Assembly: GCA_031835245.2 (NCBI GenBank)
Contig: JAVKOQ020000016.1
Coordinates: 124,001 to 188,000, forward strand
Origin: Balamuthia mandrillaris
Taxonomy: Eukaryota
Direction of reading: 5' to 3'
Length of the DNA: 64,000 bases
The notes under the pieces: model-generated
Databases searched by the model: none
What the model saw: only the letters and a program-made list of their open reading frames with translations
Told to the model about the DNA's origin: nothing
Translations under genes and position numbers: made by a program
In this document: positions 45,806 through 59,147 of the stretch, one piece after another
Layout of the letters: each line of letters opens with the position of its first letter
Position numbering within the stretch: the first letter of the stretch is position 1

Positions 45806-46747
45806 CGGGTCCTTTCTTTGTTGTTGTTTTTTCGGTGACGGCGGTTCGAATCCGAAGGAAGACATGAATACTTTTTACATCAAAAAAGGGTACTTCAGTT
45901 CGATCCCTAACGGAGACACTTTACAAAAAAAAATCAGGTGGGAAGGAGTAATGTTTCTCCCCTCGCTCGGTTGCCTTCCTTGTTTTTTTGAAGAAGGCAA
46001 GCTCAAACGCGCGACGGCGCAACACAACAGCTTATTTTTTTTTTTTTTGGTAGATCTCAGCCATTCTTTATTTTCATGATGAGAAAAAAACCACACAACA
46101 CACCGGTGTGAAAAAAGAGACACGCAACTGGTCTCGCAAAGGATCGCACAACCCCCCCCCCCTTGACACAAGGTTTCGGCAACCAACGGTAGGCTCTCTT
46201 TTTCTCCGTTTGCTTTTTTTTTTTGTTGCTCCAAATTTTTCCAAGTAAAAATATTCAGATCAAAATTTGATCTAGATTAAATTGGAACTCCGCAATTTTT
46301 TGATTGGGCTGCTTTATGTGTGAATTTTTAGGGCTTCTTTTGGAGCAACAAAAAAAAATACGAAAAAAAAAAGTAAAGGGGGAGTGAAAGAGGAGCGAAG
46401 GAAGGAGGGAGGAAAAAAAAAAGATTACCTTCGGAAAAGGGGGGGTGAAGTTTAAGAAAGAAAGAAGAGGTAACGGAAGAAGTGAGCACAAGATCTTCAA
46501 CGGCTGCACGCTCCGCTCTCTTCGTTTCCAACCCGCTCTCGCTCTCTCTACGCTCAACAAAGGAAAAGAAGGAAAGAAGAAGCGAGGAACGGAAAGAAAG
46601 GGCTCTCTTTTCGTTGCTTGCTGACGCTACGGAAATAAAAACGGCGAAAGAAACCAGACAAAAAGATAGAAGAAAAGGCGAAACCAAAGAAGAATGCGGG
46701 AGGAAAGAAGATGGCAAACTAAGAAGACAACGAGCAGAGCATTTGTG

Positions 46748-49700
46748 ATGTCGGCGTTTTTTGGGGTGGCGGCTTTGATGTTGGTGTTTGTCTCCGTCAC
46801 AACGGGACTGGTGCAACTGGACACATTCTGCCCTCCTCTTAGCAACATGAAGCAAAGCTATGCCTTTGGTTCAGGGCTGGAGGGCGGCCTGCGCTCCAAC
46901 GTGCGATCAGACAGCTTCACTATTCAGCTGGTGGATGCAAGCACGGGAGAGGAAGAGAGCACAGGCGGTGCTCTCTCCAGGATTGCGGTGGACTTTAGCA
47001 ATGAGCACCCCTTTGAGCTGGTGGACAACGAGGACGGCACTTACACGGTCAGCTACCTTCCCACTGTTGCTGGCGTCTACGTCATCTCTGTGAGGGTGGA
47101 TGGAACGCCCATCTACGGCAGTCCCTTCACTGTTCGCTACATCAATCCTAGCTCGTGCCCCGTTTACGATGGAAGAAGATCTGAGAAGGTAGCGACTGAG
47201 CTCTCTTTTCTCTCACTCTGTCTTTCTATTCGCTTAACGTATGTGATAGCCCACCGATCTGCCCATCTGTGGAGACCTTTACGGTGAAAACGCTTGTTGC
47301 CAGCCAGAGGATGTCGTCAAAGACTTTGACTTGAGGTATCGCGACTTGATCGCTCTGGTCTCCACCTCGGAGGCTTGTGTCCGGAATTTGGAGGTCTTGC
47401 ATTGCGGTTTTACTTGCTCACCCGCTCAGCCTATCTTTATTGGCAGCATTAACAACGGTGGCAACGTGACCAACAGTACAGTAGCCCTATTCTCTTTCTC
47501 TCTGCTTCTCTCTGTTTCTCTCTCTCTCCCTTTTCTCAGCTTTGGCGAGGCTAAACAGCGTTTCTGTTCTCTGTTATGTCAATGTTGCTTTTTCTTCTCT
47601 GTTCTCATCACATTCTTGTTGAACGTGATTGCCAGCCTACCGAGTTTGTGAAAGCTTCGCGAATGTGATCTACGATTCCTGTGCGGACGTGGAGTACATC
47701 GAGGGCTCTACCATTGCTTCCACCTTTGACTCGCCCGAAGCCTTCCTCCTCAGTGCCTTCCCCAACGAGGACTACGCCATCACTGTGGAGAACACTCAGT
47801 GCTTCGATGGCCTTAACGTGGCCACGAGAGTTTCTGACTCGCGTGTCTTTCCCATCGAAGGTTTCCCTAGCGTCTCTCCTCTGGGCGTAAACATCTTGGA
47901 GGCTGGTGTGGAGACACATTTGAGGATCCAGGCTGTGGATATCTACAAGAACTTTCGTCGCTTGGGAGGAGAGGCCTTCAGAGTCAACATCGTGGGTCCT
48001 GAGAGCTTCAGACCTGACGTGGTGGACAATGGCGACGGCACCTACGACGCTGCATGGAGCTTGACTCTGGCCTCGGAGGATAACCCCTACGACGTCATCG
48101 TCACCAACCCAGGCGGCATTCACGTCCTTCACAGCCCCTTCCGGCTTTTGGCTCGCCCTGCAGAGCCTCACAGCCCCAACACCGAGGAGTCTGGAGTGGA
48201 GACCTTGTTGATCATCAAGAACTCCACCTCGTTCTCCTTGCGCCTGTTTGACGAGTTCGGCAATGCCCTGCTTACCGGCGGTTATGCCCCTCAGTTCACC
48301 GCCGCCTTGATCCGCAGCTCGGATGGCACAGAGGTGGCAGAAGCTGACTTTACCATCCTGGATAACTGCGACGGCACTTATACCATCACCTACAAGCTCA
48401 CCGAGGTAGGGGAGTTTGTGCTGGTGGTAGTGCACGATGATGGAGAGATCTCTACCACCGTCATCGAACGCGATATAACAGTCATCCCCATTCCCTGTGT
48501 GCCCGACAACGAGTGCAGCAACAACGGAGAATGCGTAGACGGCATCTGCGAGTGTGTCCCTGACTTTTTCGGCCCCGACTGCAGCGAGCCAGTGCTCTGC
48601 ATCCCTTGCTCAGTGGCGTTTGGCCCTGGCCTGACCTCCAGCGTGGTCGGCAAACCCACTTACTTCTTCATCCAGTCCAACGACCGCTTCGACAACCGCA
48701 TCAGGCGTGGAGGTGAGGCTTGGCTGGTGACCATCACCTCCATAGAGACAGGCCTGGAGGGTCCTGAGTCCGGCATTACAATTGTTGACCTGGCCGATGG
48801 TCCCGAGGATGATCGCAGCCCTGGTTTGTACAGGGTTGAGTTCACGCCGGACAAAGCTGGATTGGTGCTTATCGACGTGAGCCTCAACGACACTGCCATC
48901 GCCCCTCCGAATCCTTTTACCGTGTTGTGGTACCTGCAGGGTCCTCCTTGTCCCAACGACTGCAGCGGCCACGGAGTGTGCGTCCCCATCAACGAGACCC
49001 ACTCTGAATGTGAGTGCTCTCCTGACTACACCGGAGAGGATTGTAACACTCCTGTTCTCCGAGTGGGCAGCATCGTCTTCTCCGACATTGGTGTGGCCAT
49101 CGTCGTTACCTTCAACCTGCCTACCAACATGGCTGGCTTTATCGGAGAGGAGGACTGTGCCCAGGTGATTGTGGATGTCAGCACCTTCGGAGAGGGCCAC
49201 TTTTGTGCCTTTGCCGACAGCCAGAACTTGGTGGTATGGTTGGGCAGTGAGGCCACTGTTAAAATCGGAGACCGCATCGACTTTGTGGATGGCGTCATCA
49301 GGAGCGCCGATGGCTCTGTCAACTTAACGCTGGTCGACAACGGAGAGAACGGCCTTCAGGGCCGCTCTACCGGCTTTTCGTCTTCTTTGGAGGAGCTGAA
49401 GAACAGCGAAGAGGAAGAGAACTTGTTGGACTTGTTTGTGCTTGCCAATAGCACTGATCCCAGCAAGCTCACCAGGTGGCAACAGTTCAACTTGGAGCTC
49501 CATCAACGAGCGGCCTCGTCTAAAAAAGAGTCCTCCACTGCCAACAACCTCGAAGAGGAGGGCTTCATGGGCACGAAGGCAACGTCACCACTCAACAAGA
49601 GACAAAGCATCGGCGGTACCATTGGAGGCCCTCTGGATCCGATCGCCCCCATCCCCATTATTGTCGCTCCCACCCTGATGAGTTACTGCTCAGAGCTGGT

Positions 49701-52700
49701 GTTGGATGGTTCTCGCTCCTTGGGCTCTGCCGGCCGTCCCATGACCTACAGGTGGGATGTTGTCTCTGGTCCTACCAACTTGGAGCAGATCCGCGAGCTG
49801 CTTCACAGCATCAACGCCGATCAGGCTGTGCTTCCTGCCAGCTTTGTGTTTGAGTTCATCGAGCCTGAGTCGGAGTACGTCTTCTCCTTGGAGGTGGAGA
49901 ATGTGTTTGAGCAGACGAGTGCAAGCCCAGCCTTCTTCAGCATCTTTTTCACTTTCGAGCCCGTGCCGACCGTGACCGTCAGCCCCTCCTACTTGAAGCC
50001 CACGTACGTCAACCGCGAGTTCAAGCTGCACAGCACTGTCACCCCTGCCCCCTGCGCTCAAGGTACCGACCGTGAGCTCTTCACCTACTCCTGGTTGCAA
50101 CAGGCTGGTCCTGTCCTCGCTCTGGATCCCAGCACATCCTCCTCCCCAACGCTTTATTTCCCGGCTGACACCCTCTCCGTGGGCGCCACGTACGACATCC
50201 GCCTGAGAGCCCAGCACGTCACTGCCCCGCGTTACATTGGCAACTCAATGGTGAGGTTGGAGGTGGGCTCCACCAAGCCCTTTGTCGACATCTTTGGTGG
50301 AGTGGAGCGCTTGTTGCCCACCGGAAGAAGCGAGCGAACGGACTTGGTGTTGGACGCCACTGGCTCGGTTGACTTTGACAAACGAGAGGGAGACTTTGAC
50401 TATACCTGGACATGCTACAACCTAGCCTACGACCAGGAATGCTTCCCTAACGAGGAGATCCGCAACAAGTACCTCGTCAATGCTCCCACCATCAGGATCC
50501 CAGGCTACGAGCTGCCCATTGGCGAGTTCCTCATCACCTTGACTATCTCCAAGGAGGGAGGTATCGAGGCAACCACCACCCAACGCGTCTTCACCAATGG
50601 ACAGGGCCCCATCGTCCGAGCCTTTGTGCAGGGCCTCAACAATCCCGACCGTCGCGTCAACGCCTTTGAGCAAAACACTCTTGCCGCTGTGGCTCTCGTG
50701 GAGCCCGACCAGTCGCCAGCGGACGTGCAATGGACTTGGTCCATCCTCAGCGGTCCTCTCCCTGACAGCCTCCTTGAAACTTTCCTGGTGGGAGGGGACA
50801 GACACTCTGCCAACATCGTCATTCGCGAGAACGTTCTGGCTCCCAACCAGAGCTTCACCTTCCTGGTGACTGGCACCAACGCGGATGGCACAGGTTACGC
50901 CGTTCTTCAGTTCAAGGTCAACGACCGACCTGTGGCTGGTCTCTGCCGTGTCTTCCTGGAGGATGGGCTGACAGAGGCCACCGGTACGGAGGGCGCCTAC
51001 ACCACCCAGTTCTTCTTGCATTGCCTGAACTTTGAGGACCTGCTGGAAGAGTCGCCGCTGCGCTACCGTTTCCTGGTGGAGGATGGCAACTCAGAGGTGG
51101 TCATCAGTTCCGGTGTGACCGACATTCAGTCGGTTGGTTTCTACTTGCCGCCTGGCGAGACCACATTGGTGGTGGAGATCCGCGACCAATATGGCGCACG
51201 CTCTCGTTATAGCCTGACTGCCAGCGCAGTGCTCCCGGAGGAGCTGCAAGGGCTGAACTCAGGACAGCTGGCCCTTTACCTACAGGAGACGTTGTTGAAC
51301 CCTGCCACAGCTGCTGGGGATTCTGCCCTTATGAGCCAGGCCTTTTGGCTCATCACCAAGGCCCTGTCTGGAGGCGGATCACCAGGACGAAGAGAAGAGA
51401 CTCTCACTCGACAGGGTGGCAATACTGAAATAGTAGATGACCTTATGGAGTCTCTCATCTTTGACTTCCCGCTTGAGTTCAACGAGGACGGCATCACGCA
51501 AAGGTTCATCATCCTGACAGCCCTCTTGAGTGAGCCTGAGGACGTCTCCGATGAGGCCCTCCTGCTGGGAGCGGCCTTTGCAGTGGAGCTGGCCGACAAG
51601 ATGAGTACCGTGACGGTCAACGACCAGATGGAAGCCGCTGCCGGCCTCTCCATTGCTGCTTTGTTGGTGGCCAACGACGGAAGGGTGGAGACAGTTGCCA
51701 ACCCAGTGAGTCAGCTTATCTCTGCGGCCTTAGAGCTCTTCTCTGGGGCCAGAGTGTCCTACCTCCTCATCGGCGATGATGAGACCCTGAGCAACTACCT
51801 TGCCTACACCACTGCTCAAGCTGCAGACTTTTTGCAGTTCCTCCCTACAACCTTGAACTTGGGTGGAGGGGCCATCACGGTAACCCTGCCAGAGGAGCTC
51901 ATCGCCGCGTTGAGTCGGTTGCGCGGAGGAGTCGACGAGGACGGCAACTTGCCGCTGATCGCCTACAACACGTACCAGCTGGTGACCAATCCTTATGCCT
52001 GGGCAGAAACCTCGGAGACGCTGGTCACGCCGGTGGTCTCCGTTGCCTTCTACTCCCCCGACAGCAACCAGGCCTTGGTTGTGCCAGAGCTGCGCAGCTC
52101 GCGGGTGGTATACCAGTTCCCTCTCTCCGATGACCTCATCCGCAACACGCGCAACTACGAGCTCTATGGCATTGACTACTTCATCCCCAGCTGCGGCGTT
52201 TGGAATGGCCTCATTGACAACTTCTCCACATGGGAGGATGCCGATGAGCAGCTGGGTATCGTGGACTCCAACCCTTGCCAGGCCTACCTCACCGACCTCA
52301 ACACGCTAACCTGCGAGTGCACTCGCTTGGGGGAGACGGCGGCCTTCCTCACCTTTGAGCTGCCGCCCTTGGAACCTGGGCCTGGCCCCGTGGACCCCAT
52401 TCCCGGCACCAACGACAGTGATCCCTACATGGAGGACTCGGAGATCATCCTGCTGATTCTGGTGGTGGTGTTTGCGGCCATCCTCGCTGTGGCCGCCTTT
52501 GTGATCATGTCCACCAACAGAAAGGCCCAAACGCCGGACGACAGCTTGGTGGTGCTGCTTAGCAAGTGGGAGCACGAGCCCGAGTGGGAGTACCAACGAA
52601 AGGCTGTGGAGGAGGCGGAGCAGGGCTCCGATCTGGAGGACGACATGCGCGCCCTGGAGGAGGAATACCTCAATGGAGAGGGCGACGAGGATGCGTCAGC

Positions 52701-52950
52701 AGAGCAAGATGGGTACCGACGAAGCGGCCTCTCCAGGCTGGCTCGGCTGGGCGGCGTTGGCGAAAGAGGAATGTACGGCACGGCCTCCTCCACCAGGGAG
52801 AAGGTCGACCCATTCCTCGCCGACCCCGCTGCCCACCGAGGTGCAGGAAGGCGCACAGAGGAAAGTAACACAGAAGCAGACAAGGGACGTCGCAAGCCAC
52901 GCATAAAGGCTGGAACCACTTCTTCTTCAGCCAAAAGAACAATCATATAG
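46748..52950 (+). CDS. Type I surface receptor, ~1993 aa: signal peptide, filamin-type Ig, NPC1-N/folate-receptor-like Cys domain, filamin repeats, 2 EGF-like, REJ/PKD region, GPS-like motif, single TM; exons 46748-47188, 47250-47475, 47636-52950
   Basis: DNEDGTYTVSY...GSPF filamin repeats; ACC...CVRNLEVLHCGFTCSPAQ...VCESFANVIYDSCADV; CPNDCSGHGVC; LDGSRS and LDATGSVD PKD/REJ motifs; CGVW...C...TCECTRL; TM at about 52444-52509. Confidence 0.85.
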
Positions 52951-53366
52951 AGAGGGTTTTTTTTTTCATTTCTTTCTTTCTTGAACGTTTTTTTCTCAGT
53001 TTTTTCAAAAAAAAGATATTGTTTGTTTGTTTTGTGGGTGTTTTTTTTTTTTTGTGGTGTATGTGTGTAACCTTGGCGGGGGGGTTGGCTGGAATCTTCA
53101 CTGCCAGCACGCCCAACTGCGCAGCGAGGCAAAACAATCGACTCCCACGAAAGGTCACCAGGTCGACATGAATGGTAGGGTGAGGATGATGTTGCGAAAC
53201 TGGCGATAAGGAGCCCTCCTGAAGCGAGCCACCTAAAAAATCGCACGAGCCAAAATAAGGCGTTTAGAAGAAAAAAAAAGAAAGCAGCGAGAGGCACAAG
53301 CGGCTCATCATCACTCTTTGCTTCACTCTTTCCCTTTTGCTTTTTTTTTTTGGTGAACGACCGACA

Positions 53367-54969
53367 ATGAGTTTCAGAAGAGCCGTTTCTACTTTCTCCT
53401 CCTCCTCCGCTTCTTCGCGCCAGTTTTTCGCTGCTGGTAAAGTATATTTGGATACCGAACCCATTCCATTTGTGTAGCGAAGCCATCAAACTCATTTTTA
53501 TTTTTTTCATCCTCCTCACTTCGTGAATGGGTCACAATAAAATAGGTAGCAGGAGCTATGTCACTGCTGGCGCTGTTGGCGGCGGCCGATTGAAGGACAA
53601 GGTGGCCGTCATCACTGGCGCCGGAGCGGGCATTGGCCGCGAGAGCTCCATCCTCTTTGCTCAACAGGGCTGCAAGGTTGTCGCTGTTGATCTGAACGAA
53701 AAGGCTCTTCGCGAAACGGTTCGTTTTTTTTTTCGAAATGGAAACTGAAGAGATTAGCTTCACCATCAAACATTGACGAGAACGACAAACTGAGCCCAAA
53801 CAAACATCTTTATAAACAGGTGGAAATCATCAAAGCCAACGGAGGAGACGCTGTCTTTACCAAAGCGGACGTTTCCAAGGCGGAGGAATGTGAGAAGTTT
53901 GTGCGCTTGGCGGAGGAGAAGTACGGCAAGCTCAACATCCTCTTCAACAACGCTGGCATCATGCACAGCGATGACAACGGCGCCACCGACACGGAGGAGA
54001 AGATTCTTGACCTGACCTTCAACATCAATGTGAAGGGAGTCTTTTTCGGCTGTATGTGCCTTTCTTTCTTTATTAGCCATTCTATGTTTTCTGTTTTATG
54101 TCTTCCTTTCATCCCAATGAATGTAGCATTGTGACGTGACTTACTTTTTTTTTGTTGGTTTGCAGGCAAGTATGGTATTCCTGCCATGCGTAGAGCAGGA
54201 GGCGGTTCCATCATCAACGTACCATTATTCCCTCTCTTTCCTTGTTTCATTTCTTTCTTATGATGACTCTCTGTCTTTCATCAGACGGCTTCGTTTGTAG
54301 CTCTTATGGGAGCAGCAACCTCCCAAATTGCCTACACGGCTAGCAAAGGCGCAGTTTTGTGTAAGTCAATCCATCCATTTTCTCCCTCTCATTTTTCTTT
54401 AGCATTACCAAACTTTACCTCTACTCCCCCCTTCACTTTCATAGCTATGACTCGTGAGTTGGCAGTAATTCATGGCAAGGAGAAAATCCGCGTGAACGCC
54501 CTTTGTATGCTTCTTACTCTTTTTTTTTAATGTTTTTGAGTTCATTGCTGCCTTTTTCTTTATGTTTATTTATTTCCTTTTCAACTTAAAATAGGCCCTG
54601 GTCCTTTGAAGACCGAGTTGCTGATGAGCTTCCTCAACACGGACGCCAAGAAGAACAGAAGGCTGGTGCACATTCCTATGGGCCGCTTCGGAGAAGCCAA
54701 GGAGATCGCCCAAGGCGCCCTCTACCTGGCCTCTGATGAGTCCTCGTACACCACTGGAGCTACATTCCTTGTTGATGGAGGTCGGAAAAGCCTTGCACTT
54801 TCTTTCTTACTATTCTTCCTTCTCTTTGTTATTCTATCTTCTCGTGTTTATGTCTTATTCTTTTCTATCTTTTGTTACTTTAGTTTGCACACAAATACTA
54901 ACCCTCTCCCTCTCGTTCTTTATTTGAAAAAATGTAGGTATCACTGCCGCTTATGTGACTCCTGAATAG
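53367..54969 (+). CDS. Short-chain dehydrogenase/reductase (classical SDR), probable mitochondrial presequence, multi-exon
   Basis: MSFRRAVSTFSS presequence-like start; TGAGAGIG, LFNNAGI, YTASKG, IRVNALCPGP, PMGRFG, FLVDGG; ends ITAAYVTPE*. Confidence 0.9.
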
Positions 54970-55102
54970 ACATTTGCATTTTAGATGTTTTAACCACAAC
55001 CAATGCACAATTTTGCTCTTTATCTTCTTTCTTTCATTTTGTGTGAAGCGAGAGCGGTACGTAGTAGCGCCATGTATCAGCGAGCTTCCCTTTGTTCAAG
55101 AG

Positions 55103-56293
55103 TTACGAGAAAGACGCTCTTTGAGGATGGATGGAACGGGTAGTTGTGGTGTGCATGTTTCGATAAAAGTCGGAATAGTCCAAGCGAACGAGAAGCGAGC
55201 CGATGCCTGTTCCACCAGTGGTGGCGGCCAAGGCATGACCTCCGTGATGGCTTTCCAGCTCGTGCAAAAACCGTACGAGGAGAATGATGCTCTGCCTGTA
55301 TTGTTGCCGTAGTTTGAATAGCGGTTGAGGAGAAGTTGTCGGTGTGTTGCTCGAGATTACCACCACTTGATGATAGAGCTGATGAACGAGTTCCAGCAAC
55401 TGGTCCACAATGCACTGCGCCGCGTGGCCCTTCCTATCCAAAAAGAAGCTAGATAAAATTCTCGGGGTGAGTTTGCTTTCAAGCAACTGCAATTCTCTCT
55501 ATCTTCTGAAAAACCAACCATGAAAGAAGAGGATCAAGATAGCCTTCATGGATGGCTCGCCGTAGTTCCTGTAAGCCAAGTTTTGGAGGGCTATCGCCTG
55601 TTCCTCTGTTGGTAGCGCCGTCATTCAGGTCCATGCAGAGGATTGATGCTTTTAGCTGTGGCCAACGAACCAAATGCAGTTGCTCACCGAGATAGCTTCC
55701 AAAGCTACCCACAAACTGATTCATCTCCTGCCTTTTGTTGGCGTTGATTGAGATATAAAGAAAGAGAAGATGGAATTGTTTAACAAAAATTTTACCTGAG
55801 GTGACTAGCTGGCAGCAGCAATTGTGAAGCAGGAGCGGTCCTTAGATAGCGCCATGTATCAGCGAGCTTCACAGAGGCTGACTTGAGGCGAAGCAGAGTG
55901 TCGAAGAGGCGATTGTGTTTGTCAAGAGTGAGGGCATCTAACACAGCTGATAAAGGCCATTCCACGGTGTAATGCCATTCCAACCGATCTGCTTTTCTTC
56001 TGTCCCGCATAACAAACGGGTGAGCCCCAGACTGGGGTTGTTGTGGAGCGGTAGCCTCTTCGGTTGTGACAGACGGTTCTGAAGTAGCTGCACAGAACGC
56101 AAGTGATAATCGGTGTGTGAGTTGTGAAGAATGTACAGTTTTGCTTGGTGGTTGTTTACAAAGAGAAGAAGCAGAAGAAGCAGAAGCAGAAGAAGCAGAA
56201 GAAGAAGAAGAAGAAGAAGAAGAAGAAGAAGAACAAGAAGAACAAGAAGAAGAAGAAGAAGAAGAAGAAGAAGAAGAAGAAGAAGAAGAAGAA

Positions 56294-56325
<32 letters not shown>

Positions 56326-56977
56326 AGAAGATGTTGATGCTGTCTCGCACGATAATTTAACCGAGTGGTTCTCCAGCAGGTCGTTCATGATGGAATTCAA
56401 ACGGAAGAGTTGAGTAGGCTGGATAAGAACGCTAATCGAGGGCCATTTCGCGGACATGACGCAGCTCAGGTCGTGAAAGAAGGAGCCATTCCCCATCAAC
56501 ACGAAATGCCGAAGAAAGTCCAAATGGTAGAGGAGGTTAGATTCAAAGACGAACTGCTGCAAGACTCGTCGTCCCAGTTGAGCGCACCGCCGATGTATTG
56601 CTGGGACACACTCCTTGTTCCATGAGCTCATAAACGAGCTTGAAGTATCGACTGCTCCAGCATCTATGGAAGACGACGAAGGAGGGGAGAGTGGAGAGGA
56701 AATGGCAGGCAATAGTGAAAGGAACGGGTATGCTTCATTCTTGGCTTGGCCTTCGGAAGAAGGCGATTTTTCTTCTCCTGGTGAGTCCGTTGCCTTGTAG
56801 AAGAAGAGTTGAAGAGCATCAAAAACGTCTTCATTTTGTTCTTCATGCTGTAAAATTGCAAGATGCTCTCCTGCCTGAAACAGCTCTTCGTACTTTGATT
56901 GCATAAAACAGGGGATGAAATCTTCTATTGGTTTTCTCACTTTCTAGATTTGTTTTAAAGAGTCACTTCATATTAGC

Positions 56978-57010
<33 letters not shown>

Positions 57011-58973
57011 GAGGAGGAGGAGACATACAATAATAGGAACGGAGGAGGTAGTCTTCCGCAAGAAAACAAACTCTTGAAACGGATCTAGGCAACGCCCATG
57101 CCGCAACCACTGTTGCAAAAGCATAGCATAAGGACGAAACGCACCCCAAAACAAGTTCCATCCAATCTTCTGTATTGCTGAGCCTTCGTAGTACTGTTTG
57201 TCACAGTGAGTTTACAACCAATCAAAGAAAGAGGAGATTACGAGAGGAAGTACAATGTTCATGCAAAGCTCGAAGAGATGACTGATGAAACGGGCACTGG
57301 ACGCAAATGGTAGCCGAAGCACATACACACCTTCGTCTTCTTCAGAAGAAAGCGGGGAAAGCGGTGGCGATAAAGGGGAAGAAAGAGCGGGGAGATTCTG
57401 TTGCCCGAAGATGTCTTGGTAGAAAAAGCGAAGAAGAGGTTGATAACTCATGCAATAGGCATGAAGGGCGACGATTGTTTTGTTGTAAATAGATGAGGAG
57501 GTAGCGAACCGAAGAATAGGCGCTACAACAGCTTCACGCAACTCCTGGGCAAGAGCATCACGAAACCCTTCCTCCACGGTGGCATTCCTCGTTTGGTGGT
57601 TTTGTTCTTGCTCTTCCTTCTCTTGTTCTCGCGTTTCTTCCAGTCCTCCTCGCTCCACTCTTTCATTGCAGTAATTGAGAAGTCGTCGTAAAGCTGTGCC
57701 TTGACTCATCATCTCTTCTATAAATACGCGATAAGCCAGTGGAAATGTTGCACTGTTGTTGTGGCGACTTGAAGGAGAAGAGCGATGCAGACAGTGGTGA
57801 TCGTGGCAGTTCGCTTGCCCAAAGAGTATTGACTCGGAAGAAGAGGTCATATAAAAGTGCGCATTGGTCTTGTTCCACCGAAAGAGAGCGCTCTCAATAC
57901 CTTGCAACATATATATTGCGCTCTTAAACACCATTAGCTCTGTTGATGCTGGAACGTTTCGTTTTGATACTGAAGAAGAAGAAGAAGAAGAAGAAGAAGA
58001 AGAACGAGAAGAAGGATTCAAAGTGGGGAGAAATGAAGGTGACAATAAAGCGAAGGAAGAGGCAGACGTAGAAACTGTTTCACTTGTAGTGTCAGGCAGA
58101 AAAGAAAGAGGAGCTAAAGTTGGAGGAAGTGAAGGAAGCGGAGGAAGTCCTCCCGTAAGAGACTTGTTCAGTTTGCGTCTATCCTGCCAAGAGAGAGGAA
58201 CTTCCAGTGGAGGTAGCGGTTGAAGCTTTTCTTCGATGGATGAATTGCGAGAAGACGGGCTAGGATGAATAGTGGAAGGAAGCGCAGCGAGAGAAGGAAG
58301 AGACACAAGGCAAGATGTCAGGCTTGAATGTTCATGCCGTTTTTGTTGAGATAGAAACGACTTCTCTTCGTCTTCTTCTTCTTCTAAAGCGGTCTCTGTA
58401 GTTGGTGTTTCAATGGCACCCTTCCGTTGTTGGCCGGATAGGAGGAGAAGCACTCGTAAGGCAGCAACTCGTGCTTCCAACGATGGTTCCTTTGCTCTTT
58501 TTGTCATCGTGAAGCCATCAACAAAAGGTTTTTCGTCTTGAGAAGCAGAAAGGCGGCGAGCAGCAGAGAAAAGCAGAAGAGAGAACAAGTGAAAAGCAGA
58601 GAAGAGAGAAAAGGAGAACGCACTCAGAAGATAAAAGCTGGTGATAGAGTTGAAATAGCCGTTGAGAGCGCGTGCCTCCTCGCTCAAACGCAGCGCCTGC
58701 GAGCAATCGGGAAAGATCGCTGTGCCCCTCTTCTGGTCCTTCGAGCGAAGGCAACCGCAGCAAATGGGCATAGACGGCTGGGAGCCCCGAAGGGCACGCC
58801 GGCGGCGTTTGCTTCTGGGTAGCACCGATCGCCGAGGTCAGCGCTGCCACCAGCTGAATCACCGAAAGAGAGCAACTCGATGAGCCATTCGCAGTACATC
58901 GTTCGCTCCGTGCTGCTTCCACTTCATTTTCTCCCTCCCTCCCCGGTGCTGGTGCTACACGGTCCCTCCTCAT
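55103..58973 (-). CDS. Gamma-tubulin complex component (GCP/Spc97-Spc98 family), multi-exon, paralog uncertain
   Basis: YMLQGIES.LF, W...G...DPFQEF, IPCFM, HLDFLRHFVLMGNG, YTVEWPLSAV, IHEGYL and LLVRLDYSDFY. Start and some splice sites are uncertain. Confidence 0.8.
56165..56330. repeat. (GAA)n trinucleotide tract encoding poly-Ser in the GCP gene
   Basis: In frame within the 55792-56940 minus-strand ORF. Confidence 0.85.
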
Positions 58974-59147
58974 CACAAGAGAGAGAAGAGCGCCTTTCTT
59001 TCTTCTTCGCTACAAAATCTGAACAATGCATGAGCACCAAAAATGCAGAATCTTAGCACCATTTGAGCGCAGAATGTTGAACTGACGAATAAAACAGCAC
59101 AAGACGCGCACAAATGCTACACAAAAAAAGGTAGCAAAAAACAAAAG

